Assembly: GCA_011388675.1 (NCBI GenBank)
Contig: DROW01000204.1
Span: forward strand, 1 to 58,483
DNA from: Chloroflexota bacterium
GTDB taxonomy: Bacteria > Chloroflexota > Anaerolineae > B4-G1 > DUEL01
Length of the DNA stretch: 58,483 nucleotides
Direction of reading: 5' to 3'
Positions 18,334-27,710 of the stretch are shown in pieces. How positions within the stretch are numbered: position 1 is the first letter of the stretch; each line of letters opens with the position of its first letter. The notes below the pieces were generated by a model. The model did not search any database, was not told where the DNA came from, and saw only the letters and a list, made by a program, of their open reading frames with translations. The position numbers and the translations under genes were made by a program.

Positions 18334-18959
18334 CGGACCACGTGGAACGCCTCCGCGTAGTCCACTCCTGCCTGGGCGCCCCGCACGCGGGCGAGGCCCC
18401 GGATCAGGTCCTCACGCCAGTACTTCCGGTGCCGCTGCGAACGGTAGTGGCGGAGCGCTCTCAATTTCTCCTCAAGATGGCGCTCCTCCAGGTGGACGAA
18501 AGCGGAGGCGGTGAAGGTGAGGTTGTTCCAGGGGAGTTCGTATCCCAGAATGCTGACATGCTTGAAGGCCCGTATCCCCTCCTGGCACACGATCTGGTGA
18601 TCCTGGTGCACGTCCGTAGGGGCGGGAAGGAGAACCAGAGACGGCTGCAATTCCCTCCGTATTTGTACCAGATACTCCAGGATTTCCTGTCGGTACTGAG
18701 GGAAGTGGCGGACGGGATAGCGAAGGATCGTCAGATGGTCGATAGGAATGTTGAGGGAACCACAGGCCGCCCGCAACTCGGTGACCAGGATGTCGCGGGG
18801 GAAGCCTTCCGGCACCGATTCCTCACAAATGGAGAAGGCGACGTAATAAACCTCTGCCCCCCTCTCGATAAGTTTGACCAGGGTTCCTCCGCATCCCAGT
18901 TCCCCGTCGTCCGGATGGGCCGCCAAGACGAGGACGCGCTCGTTGTGCATTTTCATCAT
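18318..18959 (-). CDS. PIG-L/LmbE-family N-acetylglucosaminyl deacetylase
   Basis: VLVLAAHPDDGELGCGG and TDVHQDHQ. The start overlaps the upstream GT4 stop (ATGA). Confidence 0.8.
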   Translation of the reverse strand: MMKMHNERVLVLAAHPDDGELGCGGTLVKLIERGAEVYYVAFSICEESVPEGFPRDILVTELRAACGSLNIPIDHLTILRYPVRHFPQYRQEILEYLVQIRRELQPSLVLLPAPTDVHQDHQIVCQEGIRAFKHVSILGYELPWNNLTFTASAFVHLEERHLEEKLRALRHYRSQRHRKYWREDLIRGLARVRGAQAGVDYAEAFHVVRWVIP

Positions 18960-20077
18960 CGGGACAACACCTCTTCGTAGAGCCCTACCAGTTTCCGGCT
19001 TTCCTGCTCCCAGTTATACTTGTCACGGATCGCCTGCCGGGCGTTCCGCCCCATCACGCGACGGGCGTCGGGGCGGTTCAGAAGGTCGTCGATGGCCTCG
19101 GCAATCCGACGGGGCGAGGTGGGGTCCACCGTGACACCGCACTCGTTGCCCTCGACGATCTCCCTCCATAGATCGAAGTTCGAGGCAATCACCGGCAGGC
19201 CCGCTGCCATATACTCGAACAGTTTGTTGGGCAGAGCGAACTGGTACCCGTGCACCGGCTGATTGCACACCAGCCCCACGGCCGCTTCGTTCAGGTATCG
19301 ATACATTTCCCTGTACGGGACCTTCCCCAGATACTCCACCCGTTCGTACCCGGGCAACTCGCGGGCGGCTTCTGCCAGCCGGGGGGAGGACATACTGCCC
19401 AGGAGGACCAATCTGGCCTGCGGGACCGTCACATAACCCAGCGCCTGTACGATTTGGTAAACTCCCCGGTAAACGGTCCATCCCCCGGTGTAAATAAGGG
19501 TGTAGTTCCCTTCGTATCGCCGACGGTCCTCCGAGACCCACTGCGTAACGGAGAGCGAGGGGTAATTCCTCACCACCCGGGTCTTATCTGGGGGAAACCG
19601 TCGCGCGATCGTCTCTGTAGCCGCCACGAAGCCGTCAAGTCGTCTACAGGCCCTTTTCTCCAGCCTCTCGACCAGCCGCGCGGCCCCCCCTCGCAGAGAG
19701 CGGGGGAGCCATTCCTTGGCGGCAAACAACCGCGGATAGTCCTCGTGCACATCGTAAATCACGGGAGCCGAGGTGCTCCGCTTTAGCAAGAGCCCCACCG
19801 GGAGCAGTTCCGGGTCGTGAAAGTGATACAGGTCTCCCCGCAGGCGGTGTACGATCCACCCAGCGACCCAGGCCCCCCACCCCATCCGCACGAGCCGATT
19901 GGGGAACCGAGGCAGAGGGACGATCTCCACCCCGTCCACCACTTCCCGCCGGGTGTGGGGCGCGACCAGGGCTACCCGGTATCCTTCCCGGACCAGGGTG
20001 CGACACTCTTTCTGAAAGATGCGGGTATCGAAAGGGCGATGAACCACGGTGAAGTGAACAACTTTAGCCCCAGCCAC
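18956..20077 (-). CDS. GT4-family glycosyltransferase
   Basis: GT-B layout with the C-domain motif ALPNKLFEYMAAGLPVIASN. GTG start. Confidence 0.75.
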   Translation of the reverse strand: MAGAKVVHFTVVHRPFDTRIFQKECRTLVREGYRVALVAPHTRREVVDGVEIVPLPRFPNRLVRMGWGAWVAGWIVHRLRGDLYHFHDPELLPVGLLLKRSTSAPVIYDVHEDYPRLFAAKEWLPRSLRGGAARLVERLEKRACRRLDGFVAATETIARRFPPDKTRVVRNYPSLSVTQWVSEDRRRYEGNYTLIYTGGWTVYRGVYQIVQALGYVTVPQARLVLLGSMSSPRLAEAARELPGYERVEYLGKVPYREMYRYLNEAAVGLVCNQPVHGYQFALPNKLFEYMAAGLPVIASNFDLWREIVEGNECGVTVDPTSPRRIAEAIDDLLNRPDARRVMGRNARQAIRDKYNWEQESRKLVGLYEEVLSR

Positions 20078-20095
20078 GTGGACACTCCCGTTCCG

Positions 20096-21244
20096 TTACG
20101 TTTCCCATCGGCGGTACAGATCGAGCAGTTTCGCGCTTTCCCGTTCCCACGTGAAGATCGCGGCCGCGCGGAGGGCGTTGGCGCGAAGACGGGCGTACCC
20201 CTCGGGATCGCCCAGCAGGCGACGCAGCGCGTCGGCCACCGCCTGCGGGTCCTCCGGATCCACGACCACTCCCACCTGGTACGTCCGGATCACCCTGGCG
20301 ATCTCAGGCAGATCGCTCCCTATCACCGGGATGCCGGCCTGAAGGTACTCGAAGATCTTGTTGGGCAGGGCGAAGTAGTAACTACGACACGTGTTCTGGA
20401 TCAGTGAAAGGCCGACGTCGGCGGAGGCGGTGTAGGAGGGCAGTTCCGATAGGGGGACTTTGCCCGGCAGGTACATACGGGGCCACTCGCCGGAAGCGGC
20501 CCGTGCGCGGTATTCCTCCAGGGCAGGCCCATCGCCCAGGATGACCCCCGCCACGTCCGGCAACTGCCGCACAGCGGCGGCCATTGTCTCCAACCCCCGC
20601 CCCGGTGCCACCAGACCCTGGTAGAGCGCGATCCTCTGGTGAACGGGGATGGACAAGGTTCTCCTCAGCCGGTCGGAAGAAGCAGGTCGTGCCGTCCTCT
20701 CCGGACAGTTCATCACCACCACCGGCCTAGGTATGCCGTACAATCGGACCAGTTCGTCGGCGATGCCGTCGCACACGGTGATGACAGCGTCGGCACGACG
20801 GATAAAAAGCCGCTCCGGCAACGCCCATAGGCGGCGGTAGATACCCGATAGGCGGGTGCCGCCGAAGTTGCGCCCCGTCTCCAACTCGTGCGCGTCGTAC
20901 ACCAAACGCGCGCCGGTGCGACGAGCCGCAAGCCAGCCGAGGGGAAGGGTGTTGGCGTCGTGCGCGTGGACGACGTGGGGGGCAGCACGGATCAGGAGAG
21001 ACAGGGCGCGGAGGGTGAACTCCAGATACTTCACCAGCGGCGCGATCCCTCCACCCCGCCAGCGACGGCTATGGAGAGGGACACGCTGGATTCGGTATCC
21101 GGACCGCTCCTCCTCACGGGGCAGCCCCTCTTTCCACAGCGCGTACACCACCACACGGTGCCCGGCTGCAGCCAACGTTTTGGCCTCCTTGTGGACGCGG
21201 GCGTCGTGGGTGAAGTTGGAGAGAAGGAGCATTGAGATCTTCAT
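20096..21244 (-). CDS. GT4-family glycosyltransferase
   Basis: MKISMLLLSNFTHDARVHKEAKTLAAAGHRV...ALPNKIFEYLQAGIPVIGSD. ATG 21244 overlaps the upstream stop. Confidence 0.75.
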   Translation of the reverse strand: MKISMLLLSNFTHDARVHKEAKTLAAAGHRVVVYALWKEGLPREEERSGYRIQRVPLHSRRWRGGGIAPLVKYLEFTLRALSLLIRAAPHVVHAHDANTLPLGWLAARRTGARLVYDAHELETGRNFGGTRLSGIYRRLWALPERLFIRRADAVITVCDGIADELVRLYGIPRPVVVMNCPERTARPASSDRLRRTLSIPVHQRIALYQGLVAPGRGLETMAAAVRQLPDVAGVILGDGPALEEYRARAASGEWPRMYLPGKVPLSELPSYTASADVGLSLIQNTCRSYYFALPNKIFEYLQAGIPVIGSDLPEIARVIRTYQVGVVVDPEDPQAVADALRRLLGDPEGYARLRANALRAAAIFTWERESAKLLDLYRRWET

Positions 21245-22668
21245 ATAGACTCCCTCTGAAGGCGGCTCAGTTCGGCCAGAACCTCCTGGCAGATCCTCGC
21301 CCACGGACGCTCAATCTCCCGCAACAAAGTGGGGTGCCATACCAGCGAGAACACCCCTTCCACCTGGCGACAGCGACGGGCCAGTGAAAGGATGCGCTCT
21401 TTTCCTTCCGCTGGACTCATCCTACGGTACCCCTTCAACGTCGCATCCATCACGATGAGCGGCCGCTCGACGATGTTCAGCACCCGATTTTGCAGACAAT
21501 CGAAGGGGTGAAAAGGGTGACAGGTCCCGCAGCGAAACCCCTCGTGATCCGCATATCCCATCGTCGCATCGTAGGTCAGACCGACCCTTTCCCCATCCCG
21601 CCACGTACCCGGCACCCGAAAGCGGAGGTAGTGCTGCCGCCCTCCATACTTATCGGTGCCCAGCACCGCGTCCAGCCGCGCCTTCTCATCCCGCAGGCGC
21701 GCCGGATCGTTCAACGTGTAGTATCCGGCGTGGAGACCGATCTCAAACCCCCGCTGCCGGAGACGTTCGATAAGCCTTCGGACCAGCGGCGAGGCGGGGT
21801 CGTACCCGCTGTCGAACGGGGAGGGATCGGACGCCTTGAAGTAGAAAGCCGCGTCCAGCCCGTAGTGGGCGGCCAGTTGGGCCAGGTATTCAATTCCCCG
21901 TATCTCACTTGTTTGGGCGGGACGGAAAGCCTGCATCACCAGTTCGCGCGCCGTCCCCCACGCCCGCCAAAGGCTGCGGCGCTTGAACAGGTCCCCACCC
22001 AACACGCGGATTCCCTGCCCCCAGGTAGGAAACGGACGAACGTGGTCCACGTCCGAACCGAGATGGACTCTGAACCGGTGACGTCGGGGGCGATGGCGGG
22101 GCAGGAGGGCCATCAACCAGGCCCGCAAGACAAGGGCGTACTCGTCCACGATGGGACGGTCCAGAAAACCCTGCTTGTAGGCCACACTGGCGGTGGCGGG
22201 GAAGCGGTCGTGCTCGTCACGAACGGCGACGACGGTCTCTTCCCAGCGGGAGAGCATAAAGAAGGTGGCGGCGATGATGTCGGCGTGGAAGACCAGGAGA
22301 CCATCGGGGTGGCGTTCGGCGAAGGGAAGGCCCCCATCTTCACACCCCGCCCCCCAGAACAGCACCGGCAGCGGATCGGTCAGGGGGGAAGGGACGCCGG
22401 GCGGCAGGACCCGGCTCAGCGGCAAAATCTGCAACGAACCAGAGGGACGATGTAACAGGGATTCGAACGCATCGAGGGCGCAGGGGGTCACCACCACGCC
22501 GCCGAAGTCCGTGGGGGCACGGGTGGGATCGCCGTACCACAGAGGTATGTCAGGTTCGAAACCGGCACGCTGAAGGACCTGCTCCCAGGCGTAGGCGGTT
22601 GCCTCCGGCGTCAGGGGAGGCGCGAGGTTATCGGTCTGGATGCTTACGGGCACAGATCCCTCCGGCAT
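21241..22668 (-). CDS. polysaccharide-deacetylase-like protein (475 aa) with an N-terminal domain of unknown function
   Basis: VHLGSDVDHV...GLHAGYYT...MGYADHEGFRCGTCHPFHPF resembles the large deacetylase-family proteins found in EPS loci. The assignment is from memory of the family only. Confidence 0.45.
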   Translation of the reverse strand: MPEGSVPVSIQTDNLAPPLTPEATAYAWEQVLQRAGFEPDIPLWYGDPTRAPTDFGGVVVTPCALDAFESLLHRPSGSLQILPLSRVLPPGVPSPLTDPLPVLFWGAGCEDGGLPFAERHPDGLLVFHADIIAATFFMLSRWEETVVAVRDEHDRFPATASVAYKQGFLDRPIVDEYALVLRAWLMALLPRHRPRRHRFRVHLGSDVDHVRPFPTWGQGIRVLGGDLFKRRSLWRAWGTARELVMQAFRPAQTSEIRGIEYLAQLAAHYGLDAAFYFKASDPSPFDSGYDPASPLVRRLIERLRQRGFEIGLHAGYYTLNDPARLRDEKARLDAVLGTDKYGGRQHYLRFRVPGTWRDGERVGLTYDATMGYADHEGFRCGTCHPFHPFDCLQNRVLNIVERPLIVMDATLKGYRRMSPAEGKERILSLARRCRQVEGVFSLVWHPTLLREIERPWARICQEVLAELSRLQRESI

Positions 22669-22674
22669 ACCGCC

Positions 22675-23583
22675 TTATCCATCCTGTGCAAGGGAATATC
22701 CCAATCGAGAGGCCGTCTCAGCGGTGAAACGGGCCAGGTTGGCCCGCAGGTCCGCCTGATCGGCCTCGGAGAAGGGAGGGGCGCTCTTCTTTTGCGCGTT
22801 CAACCTCTTCCGGAGGATCGAGCGCACCCTTCTCATCGACGGCATCGGTGCCCCGGCGAACGCATAGAGGCGCTTCAGCGTCTCATAGTCTCCAGCGAAG
22901 ATCTCCTCCGCCTTGAGGCAAAGGGCCTGTTCCGGCGGAAGGGTCGACAGGAACTCCAATATCCAGCGGTTCGTGGCGTCCCACAGCCACAGGTTCTTCT
23001 GAACGACCGAGTAGGTTGCCCATCGATCGGCGTCCTCCGTGCCGGGGCGCGGGGTGATCCGGGTCGGGTCGCGGTGGTGGCCTGCGTACCAGCGCCGCCG
23101 CACTCCGGAGCGGACGACCGCGACCGGGTGGCGGGTGAGGTGGATGAAGCGGGCGTTGGGAAGGAGACGCAGGATGGCCGGGGCGAGGAAGGTGAGGTGA
23201 GGGCTAGTTTCGGCGTAGCCGCGTCCACAGGAGAGAGCGTACTCTAGGAGTTCCTGACGGGCGGTGGCGAAGGCCGCGGTCAGGATCTCATCGGCGGGTG
23301 AAGAATCGCCGTACAGATAAGCCAGCCGCGAGAGCGCGAACAACTTGGGACGCGGTTCGTGATACGCAAAGAGATTGCCGCTCAGCCCCAACAGGGCAGC
23401 CAGCGTCTTCGTCCCGGTCCGCCCAGTGGAGAGGGCGAAAATGCAAGGGTGCTCCTCATCAAAGGTGCTCAACCGCTCACGCCCCGACAACCGGTAGCGC
23501 AAGCGATGGTAGACCTGACGCGGACTGAGGTCGGGCAAGACGCGCAAGCGAGAGCCGATTGAGCGCACTAATCTCTGAGGCAC
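22675..23583 (-). CDS. sulfotransferase family protein
   Basis: FALSTGRTGTKTLA (P-loop-like PSB), FIHLTRHPVAVVRS and a conserved W-rich core. Confidence 0.6.
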   Translation of the reverse strand: MPQRLVRSIGSRLRVLPDLSPRQVYHRLRYRLSGRERLSTFDEEHPCIFALSTGRTGTKTLAALLGLSGNLFAYHEPRPKLFALSRLAYLYGDSSPADEILTAAFATARQELLEYALSCGRGYAETSPHLTFLAPAILRLLPNARFIHLTRHPVAVVRSGVRRRWYAGHHRDPTRITPRPGTEDADRWATYSVVQKNLWLWDATNRWILEFLSTLPPEQALCLKAEEIFAGDYETLKRLYAFAGAPMPSMRRVRSILRKRLNAQKKSAPPFSEADQADLRANLARFTAETASRLGYSLAQDG

Positions 23584-24722
23584 TGCTCCTCCTCCAGGTA
23601 ACGGAGCAAGATAGCACGCATACGTTTGGCGAAGATCTTTTCATCAAAGTTGGCTACAACGTGTTCCTGCAGCCGTCTTACCAGCGAGCAACGTTCGGAT
23701 TCACCCATCCTTTCCAGTTCGGAAAGGACAGCCGGCACCTCTTGGAAGGAGCGGTACCGCAGCGCTGCTTCGATAACGATCTCCCGCTGTCCACCTGAAT
23801 CGTGGACAACGGGCAGACATCCAGCAGCGATAGCCTGCACAGTGGTGATGCCAAACGGCTCATTGATGGTGGTATGCAGAAAATAGCGAGCACTTTGCAA
23901 CAACGGAAGCATTTCCGCGAAAGGCAAGTCCGGGCGCAAGTGCACATTCCTTACATCATGCTCTTCGATATAGCGGCGACAATTCTGGTAATATGGATTG
24001 TTGCCCGCGAAACCGACGATGTGGAAAGGGATATGTGGCACCCGTTCCGCTATTTGGATTTGTTCTAATTGACGTTTATCTGGAGTGAAACGCCCAAGCG
24101 TGATAACCGAGAGGGGACGAGCGTGAGGACTAGCACGGAAGCGGTCGATCTCCACGGGGGGATAGACTACCGGTAAATCGCTGGGGAGATCATAGACCGC
24201 ACGTAAGGCCTCGCGGGTAAACCGAGTCATACACACAATAGTGTGCTTCGGGTCCGGCTTACTGAGATGGTATAAGGGACGGAGAATCAAACGTTGAAGT
24301 CTGTGCCGTGACCAGAGGGGGAGCCGCTTCCCCGGTAGATGGATGCTAACATCTGGAGTGATCAGGCGGGCCTTCCGTGGAAAGAACATATATGTCAGCA
24401 CATTCTGGCTTCTCGGCAGAAATAACAGGCTATTCCCTGTATTGATGAGGAGTGCGTATGACCGACCATACCACCAAAGGGAGATGTTAAACAAAACCGT
24501 CAGCGTGTCAACAGGAAGGCGCGGGACACCAGGCAGCAATCGAAAATGGGCTCGTATAGGGCGACCATACCATTCTACAACCTGCGCCGGGTCGAACCTA
24601 ATGCGCGCCGCCAGGATGTCGGGCACAATCCCGGCCTCGTTGAGAACCTCAACGATCCCTAGGATGACACGAAGGCGACCTCCCAAGATGACGGTTGGTT
24701 GGCAGATGGCAACTCTGTTCAT
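23568..24722 (-). CDS. GT4-family glycosyltransferase (in low-GC island)
   Basis: TINEPFGITTVQAIAAGCLPVVHDSGG (EX7E-type C-domain). It is visibly more AT-rich than its flanks. Confidence 0.7.
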   Translation of the reverse strand: MNRVAICQPTVILGGRLRVILGIVEVLNEAGIVPDILAARIRFDPAQVVEWYGRPIRAHFRLLPGVPRLPVDTLTVLFNISLWWYGRSYALLINTGNSLLFLPRSQNVLTYMFFPRKARLITPDVSIHLPGKRLPLWSRHRLQRLILRPLYHLSKPDPKHTIVCMTRFTREALRAVYDLPSDLPVVYPPVEIDRFRASPHARPLSVITLGRFTPDKRQLEQIQIAERVPHIPFHIVGFAGNNPYYQNCRRYIEEHDVRNVHLRPDLPFAEMLPLLQSARYFLHTTINEPFGITTVQAIAAGCLPVVHDSGGQREIVIEAALRYRSFQEVPAVLSELERMGESERCSLVRRLQEHVVANFDEKIFAKRMRAILLRYLEEEQCLRD

Positions 24723-25441
24723 ACAACCTTTTTTATAAAACGATAGCCTATCCTATTTCCGAACCATGGAAGGAGTCTCGATAATGGATTGAGTACTCGA
24801 TCGAACAGATAGGCAATTTGCGCACTTCCCCGGAACCGCGGGCGAAATCCCCAATAATAAATCGCCCCTCCCGTAGTTGCTTCGATTTCCATCTCTTTTG
24901 TTTCCATCACCCATCGCTTTAACTCAATTGGGCTCAACCGCCGCATCGGTGGCCGGTAACGGTCCCAGATGCGATTCAGCCAGCTCCATGCATTGTCAAC
25001 TGTGATGAGCATTTTTCCCCCTGGTTTGGTAACGCGGACCATTTCTCTCACCCAAGCTCGCTGCAAAGCGCGGTCAGGCAAGTGTTCAATGGCTGAAAAG
25101 CTCGTGACCACATCGAAGGAATTGTCAGGAAAAGCCAACCTCGTTGCATCACACTGCACGAAAGTTGTCTTATCAGGCAACAGGGTAGATGGAATAGGGC
25201 GTAAGTCAACAAGATATATACGCCTTATCCCCTTCATTTTACTCAAGATAAGGGCATCCAAGGGTATATGACACCCCACATCCAATGCAATACCTGAGAA
25301 ATCATGCCATAAATTCCAATCGATCTGTTTCATCTCTAGATAACGATGAATATAACGTGTATTGGTCGGCTTTAGACCAGGACGTTTTGCAAGAAGCTCG
25401 GACAATTGTTGGTATAGAGGTGACCCTTTTTCAATTCGCAT
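24719..25441 (-). CDS. class I SAM-dependent methyltransferase
   Basis: IALDVGCH... and FDVVTSFSAIEHLPD...TKPGGKMLI (Methyltransf_11-like). Confidence 0.7.
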   Translation of the reverse strand: MRIEKGSPLYQQLSELLAKRPGLKPTNTRYIHRYLEMKQIDWNLWHDFSGIALDVGCHIPLDALILSKMKGIRRIYLVDLRPIPSTLLPDKTTFVQCDATRLAFPDNSFDVVTSFSAIEHLPDRALQRAWVREMVRVTKPGGKMLITVDNAWSWLNRIWDRYRPPMRRLSPIELKRWVMETKEMEIEATTGGAIYYWGFRPRFRGSAQIAYLFDRVLNPLSRLLPWFGNRIGYRFIKKVV

Positions 25442-25460
25442 AGCCCACCTTCTCCAAACC

Positions 25461-26123
25461 TCATTGATGCACAGTCCACTCGAAAGACCCTTCCCACAAC
25501 ATACGTGTATAAGTGAACCGCCTTAGGACAAGCCATAGACGGACTAGGGTTCGGCGAACAGCAACTAGCAAGTAATGCCAAGGCTTACGACAACCATAGC
25601 TAAACGCAAGAACATTTTTCCCCGCCAACTGGGCAGGGACATTATAGAAATAAAAGCTGAAAAATAGGATTTGATACCATCTGGGGTTTTGTTGGCTCGA
25701 CTTTTTCTCAAAAACTAACATGTTGTTACGAAGAGAAACAAACCATTTATGGAATGGTTGGGGACGCAGTTTCTCAGCCAGTTTACTGGGGGTTTCCAAA
25801 TATCCCCTAGAAGCAATGCGGTTTAATTCGGAACAAAAACTTTCAACATTCTCAATATGCTCCGCCACATGTGAACATATAACAAAATCGAATGCGCGAT
25901 CTTTAAAAGGTAACGCACACGCATCTGCTATGACAAAAGCTTTGTCTGGAGGCAACACGATGGTTTGACCTGAACGCTCTCTGTCGTCGTTCAGAAAGCG
26001 GTCTACCAAGACATTCGCACGTGGGTGTGGATGATGACCACTTCCGATGTCAAGCACCCGCCAATCGCTACTGTATCCGACTCGAGTATGTGAATTTCCC
26101 GTGGGAAAATACTCCATCGTCAT
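25461..26123 (-). CDS. class I SAM-dependent methyltransferase
   Basis: RVLDIGSGHHP, ALPFKDRAFDFVICSHVAEHI and ASRGYLETP. Confidence 0.7.
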   Translation of the reverse strand: MTMEYFPTGNSHTRVGYSSDWRVLDIGSGHHPHPRANVLVDRFLNDDRERSGQTIVLPPDKAFVIADACALPFKDRAFDFVICSHVAEHIENVESFCSELNRIASRGYLETPSKLAEKLRPQPFHKWFVSLRNNMLVFEKKSSQQNPRWYQILFFSFYFYNVPAQLAGKNVLAFSYGCRKPWHYLLVAVRRTLVRLWLVLRRFTYTRMLWEGSFEWTVHQ

Positions 26124-26144
26124 AGTGGTATACCCTTTCAGGTT

Positions 26145-27710
26145 TCATACCTTCTTTGAGCGATATTCCTGTTTTGAGAGCAGCGAACGACGCACCTCGG
26201 ATACCATCTCCAGCAACCGGCGGCGCTCCAGCGCCAGTAGAACCGAGCCGTACACAACAGTAAAGGACATCACTTTTGCCAGACCCGATGTCCAACCAGA
26301 GGCAGTCACGGCGGACAGGCTACCCATGCCGTACCCCAGCAACCCCCCTACCGCCAACGCCATCCCTGGAGCGGCAAACAGCCGCCCCACCGAGCAATCC
26401 ACGTACGCCCTTGCCATCCAGAACAGTAGGACGATGCCCACTACCAGCATCAAGTCCACCGCCAAGGCCACGCCGGCGATGCCAAAGGGCAGACCCAGCA
26501 GGAACAGCCCTCCTACCATCACCGCCAGTTGAACCGCCCGTGCCCAGACGACCTGCTCCGGCCTCCCCATCGCAATGAACAGGTTGGCAATCGTCACTTT
26601 CATCGGATCGAACAGGGTGAAAACCAGCATCAGTCGGAAAGCGGTCAGCATAGGGAGCCATTTATCTCCCAACAGTAAACGGACAAACTCCGGAGCGATC
26701 AGCCACAACACTCCCGCAAACAGGAAACCGCTTCGAACCAGAAAAGCGTTCACCCGAAAAAAGGCCTGGGAGAGCCGCCGCCGGTCGCCCTTCAACTCGG
26801 CGTACATCCCGGTGGTAACCTGATTGACGGGTGCCGCCAGCACTCCTCGAGGATAGGTGGCGAAAGTGTACGCGCGGGAGTAGAAGCCCAGCGGCGATTT
26901 CCCCAGAAAAACCCCCGTCCACAGATCGTCCAGGCGATCCAGCGCGCGCAGCAACACCGCTCCTACCAGATTACGACTGCCAAAGCGAAGGAAGTAGCGC
27001 ACCACCGGAGGGGACCAGGCCAGGCGGGGTCGCCATACCGGTCGCCAGATGTACAGAGCGACGGTGTGCAACAAGAACGTGACCAGGTCCGTCGCCAGCA
27101 GGGCCCACAACGTTGCCCCACGCCAAGCCAATCCCAGCGCGACGGCAGTGGTGAGTAGAGCGTTGAGCATCTGGATGAGGGCCAGTCGTTGATGCATCAC
27201 CCGGCGCATCAGGATCAGGCGCGGGGTCTGGCTCAACTCCGTCCCACCCGTCGCAAGGACCAGCACCAGCAGTGCCAGCCGCGTCTCGCCAGCGGTAAAG
27301 GAGAGGGCTCCACCTATTAGGAGGACCGTCCAAAGAAGGGTGAAGAGGAGTTTCAACGTGAAATGGACCGCTGCTGCCTGCGCTTCGTCTTCTGTTTCGG
27401 GGGCGCGATGCAGGAAGGCTCCCCACATTCCGAAGCCGGGCAGCATCTTCGTCAGCCCGATCACCGACCCGGCCAGGGCATAGACGCCGAACACCTCCAC
27501 CGGCAGCAAGCGGGCCAGCATCACCGAGCGGACGAAGAGGATGAGGATTCGGCTCGTGTTGGCGACGACGTTCCACGAGATCGAGACAACGCTGCGACGC
27601 GCGAGATCCGAGCCTTCGTCCAACCTCCCCCCTCCGACCGGCCTTGCTCGCCCGGTGTGTCCGTTCAGCCGTCCCTCCGCGTCCCAACCCCTATCCTTCG
27701 GCACACCCAC
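26145..27710 (-). CDS. Wzx-like polysaccharide flippase (MOP/Polysacc_synt family)
   Basis: About 12-14 hydrophobic segments with flippase-like loops (ARLLPVEVFGVYALA.., FGSRNLVGAVLLR..). The start is uncertain: 27710 overlaps the upstream gene by 46 nt. Confidence 0.7.
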   Translation of the reverse strand: MGVPKDRGWDAEGRLNGHTGRARPVGGGRLDEGSDLARRSVVSISWNVVANTSRILILFVRSVMLARLLPVEVFGVYALAGSVIGLTKMLPGFGMWGAFLHRAPETEDEAQAAAVHFTLKLLFTLLWTVLLIGGALSFTAGETRLALLVLVLATGGTELSQTPRLILMRRVMHQRLALIQMLNALLTTAVALGLAWRGATLWALLATDLVTFLLHTVALYIWRPVWRPRLAWSPPVVRYFLRFGSRNLVGAVLLRALDRLDDLWTGVFLGKSPLGFYSRAYTFATYPRGVLAAPVNQVTTGMYAELKGDRRRLSQAFFRVNAFLVRSGFLFAGVLWLIAPEFVRLLLGDKWLPMLTAFRLMLVFTLFDPMKVTIANLFIAMGRPEQVVWARAVQLAVMVGGLFLLGLPFGIAGVALAVDLMLVVGIVLLFWMARAYVDCSVGRLFAAPGMALAVGGLLGYGMGSLSAVTASGWTSGLAKVMSFTVVYGSVLLALERRRLLEMVSEVRRSLLSKQEYRSKKV

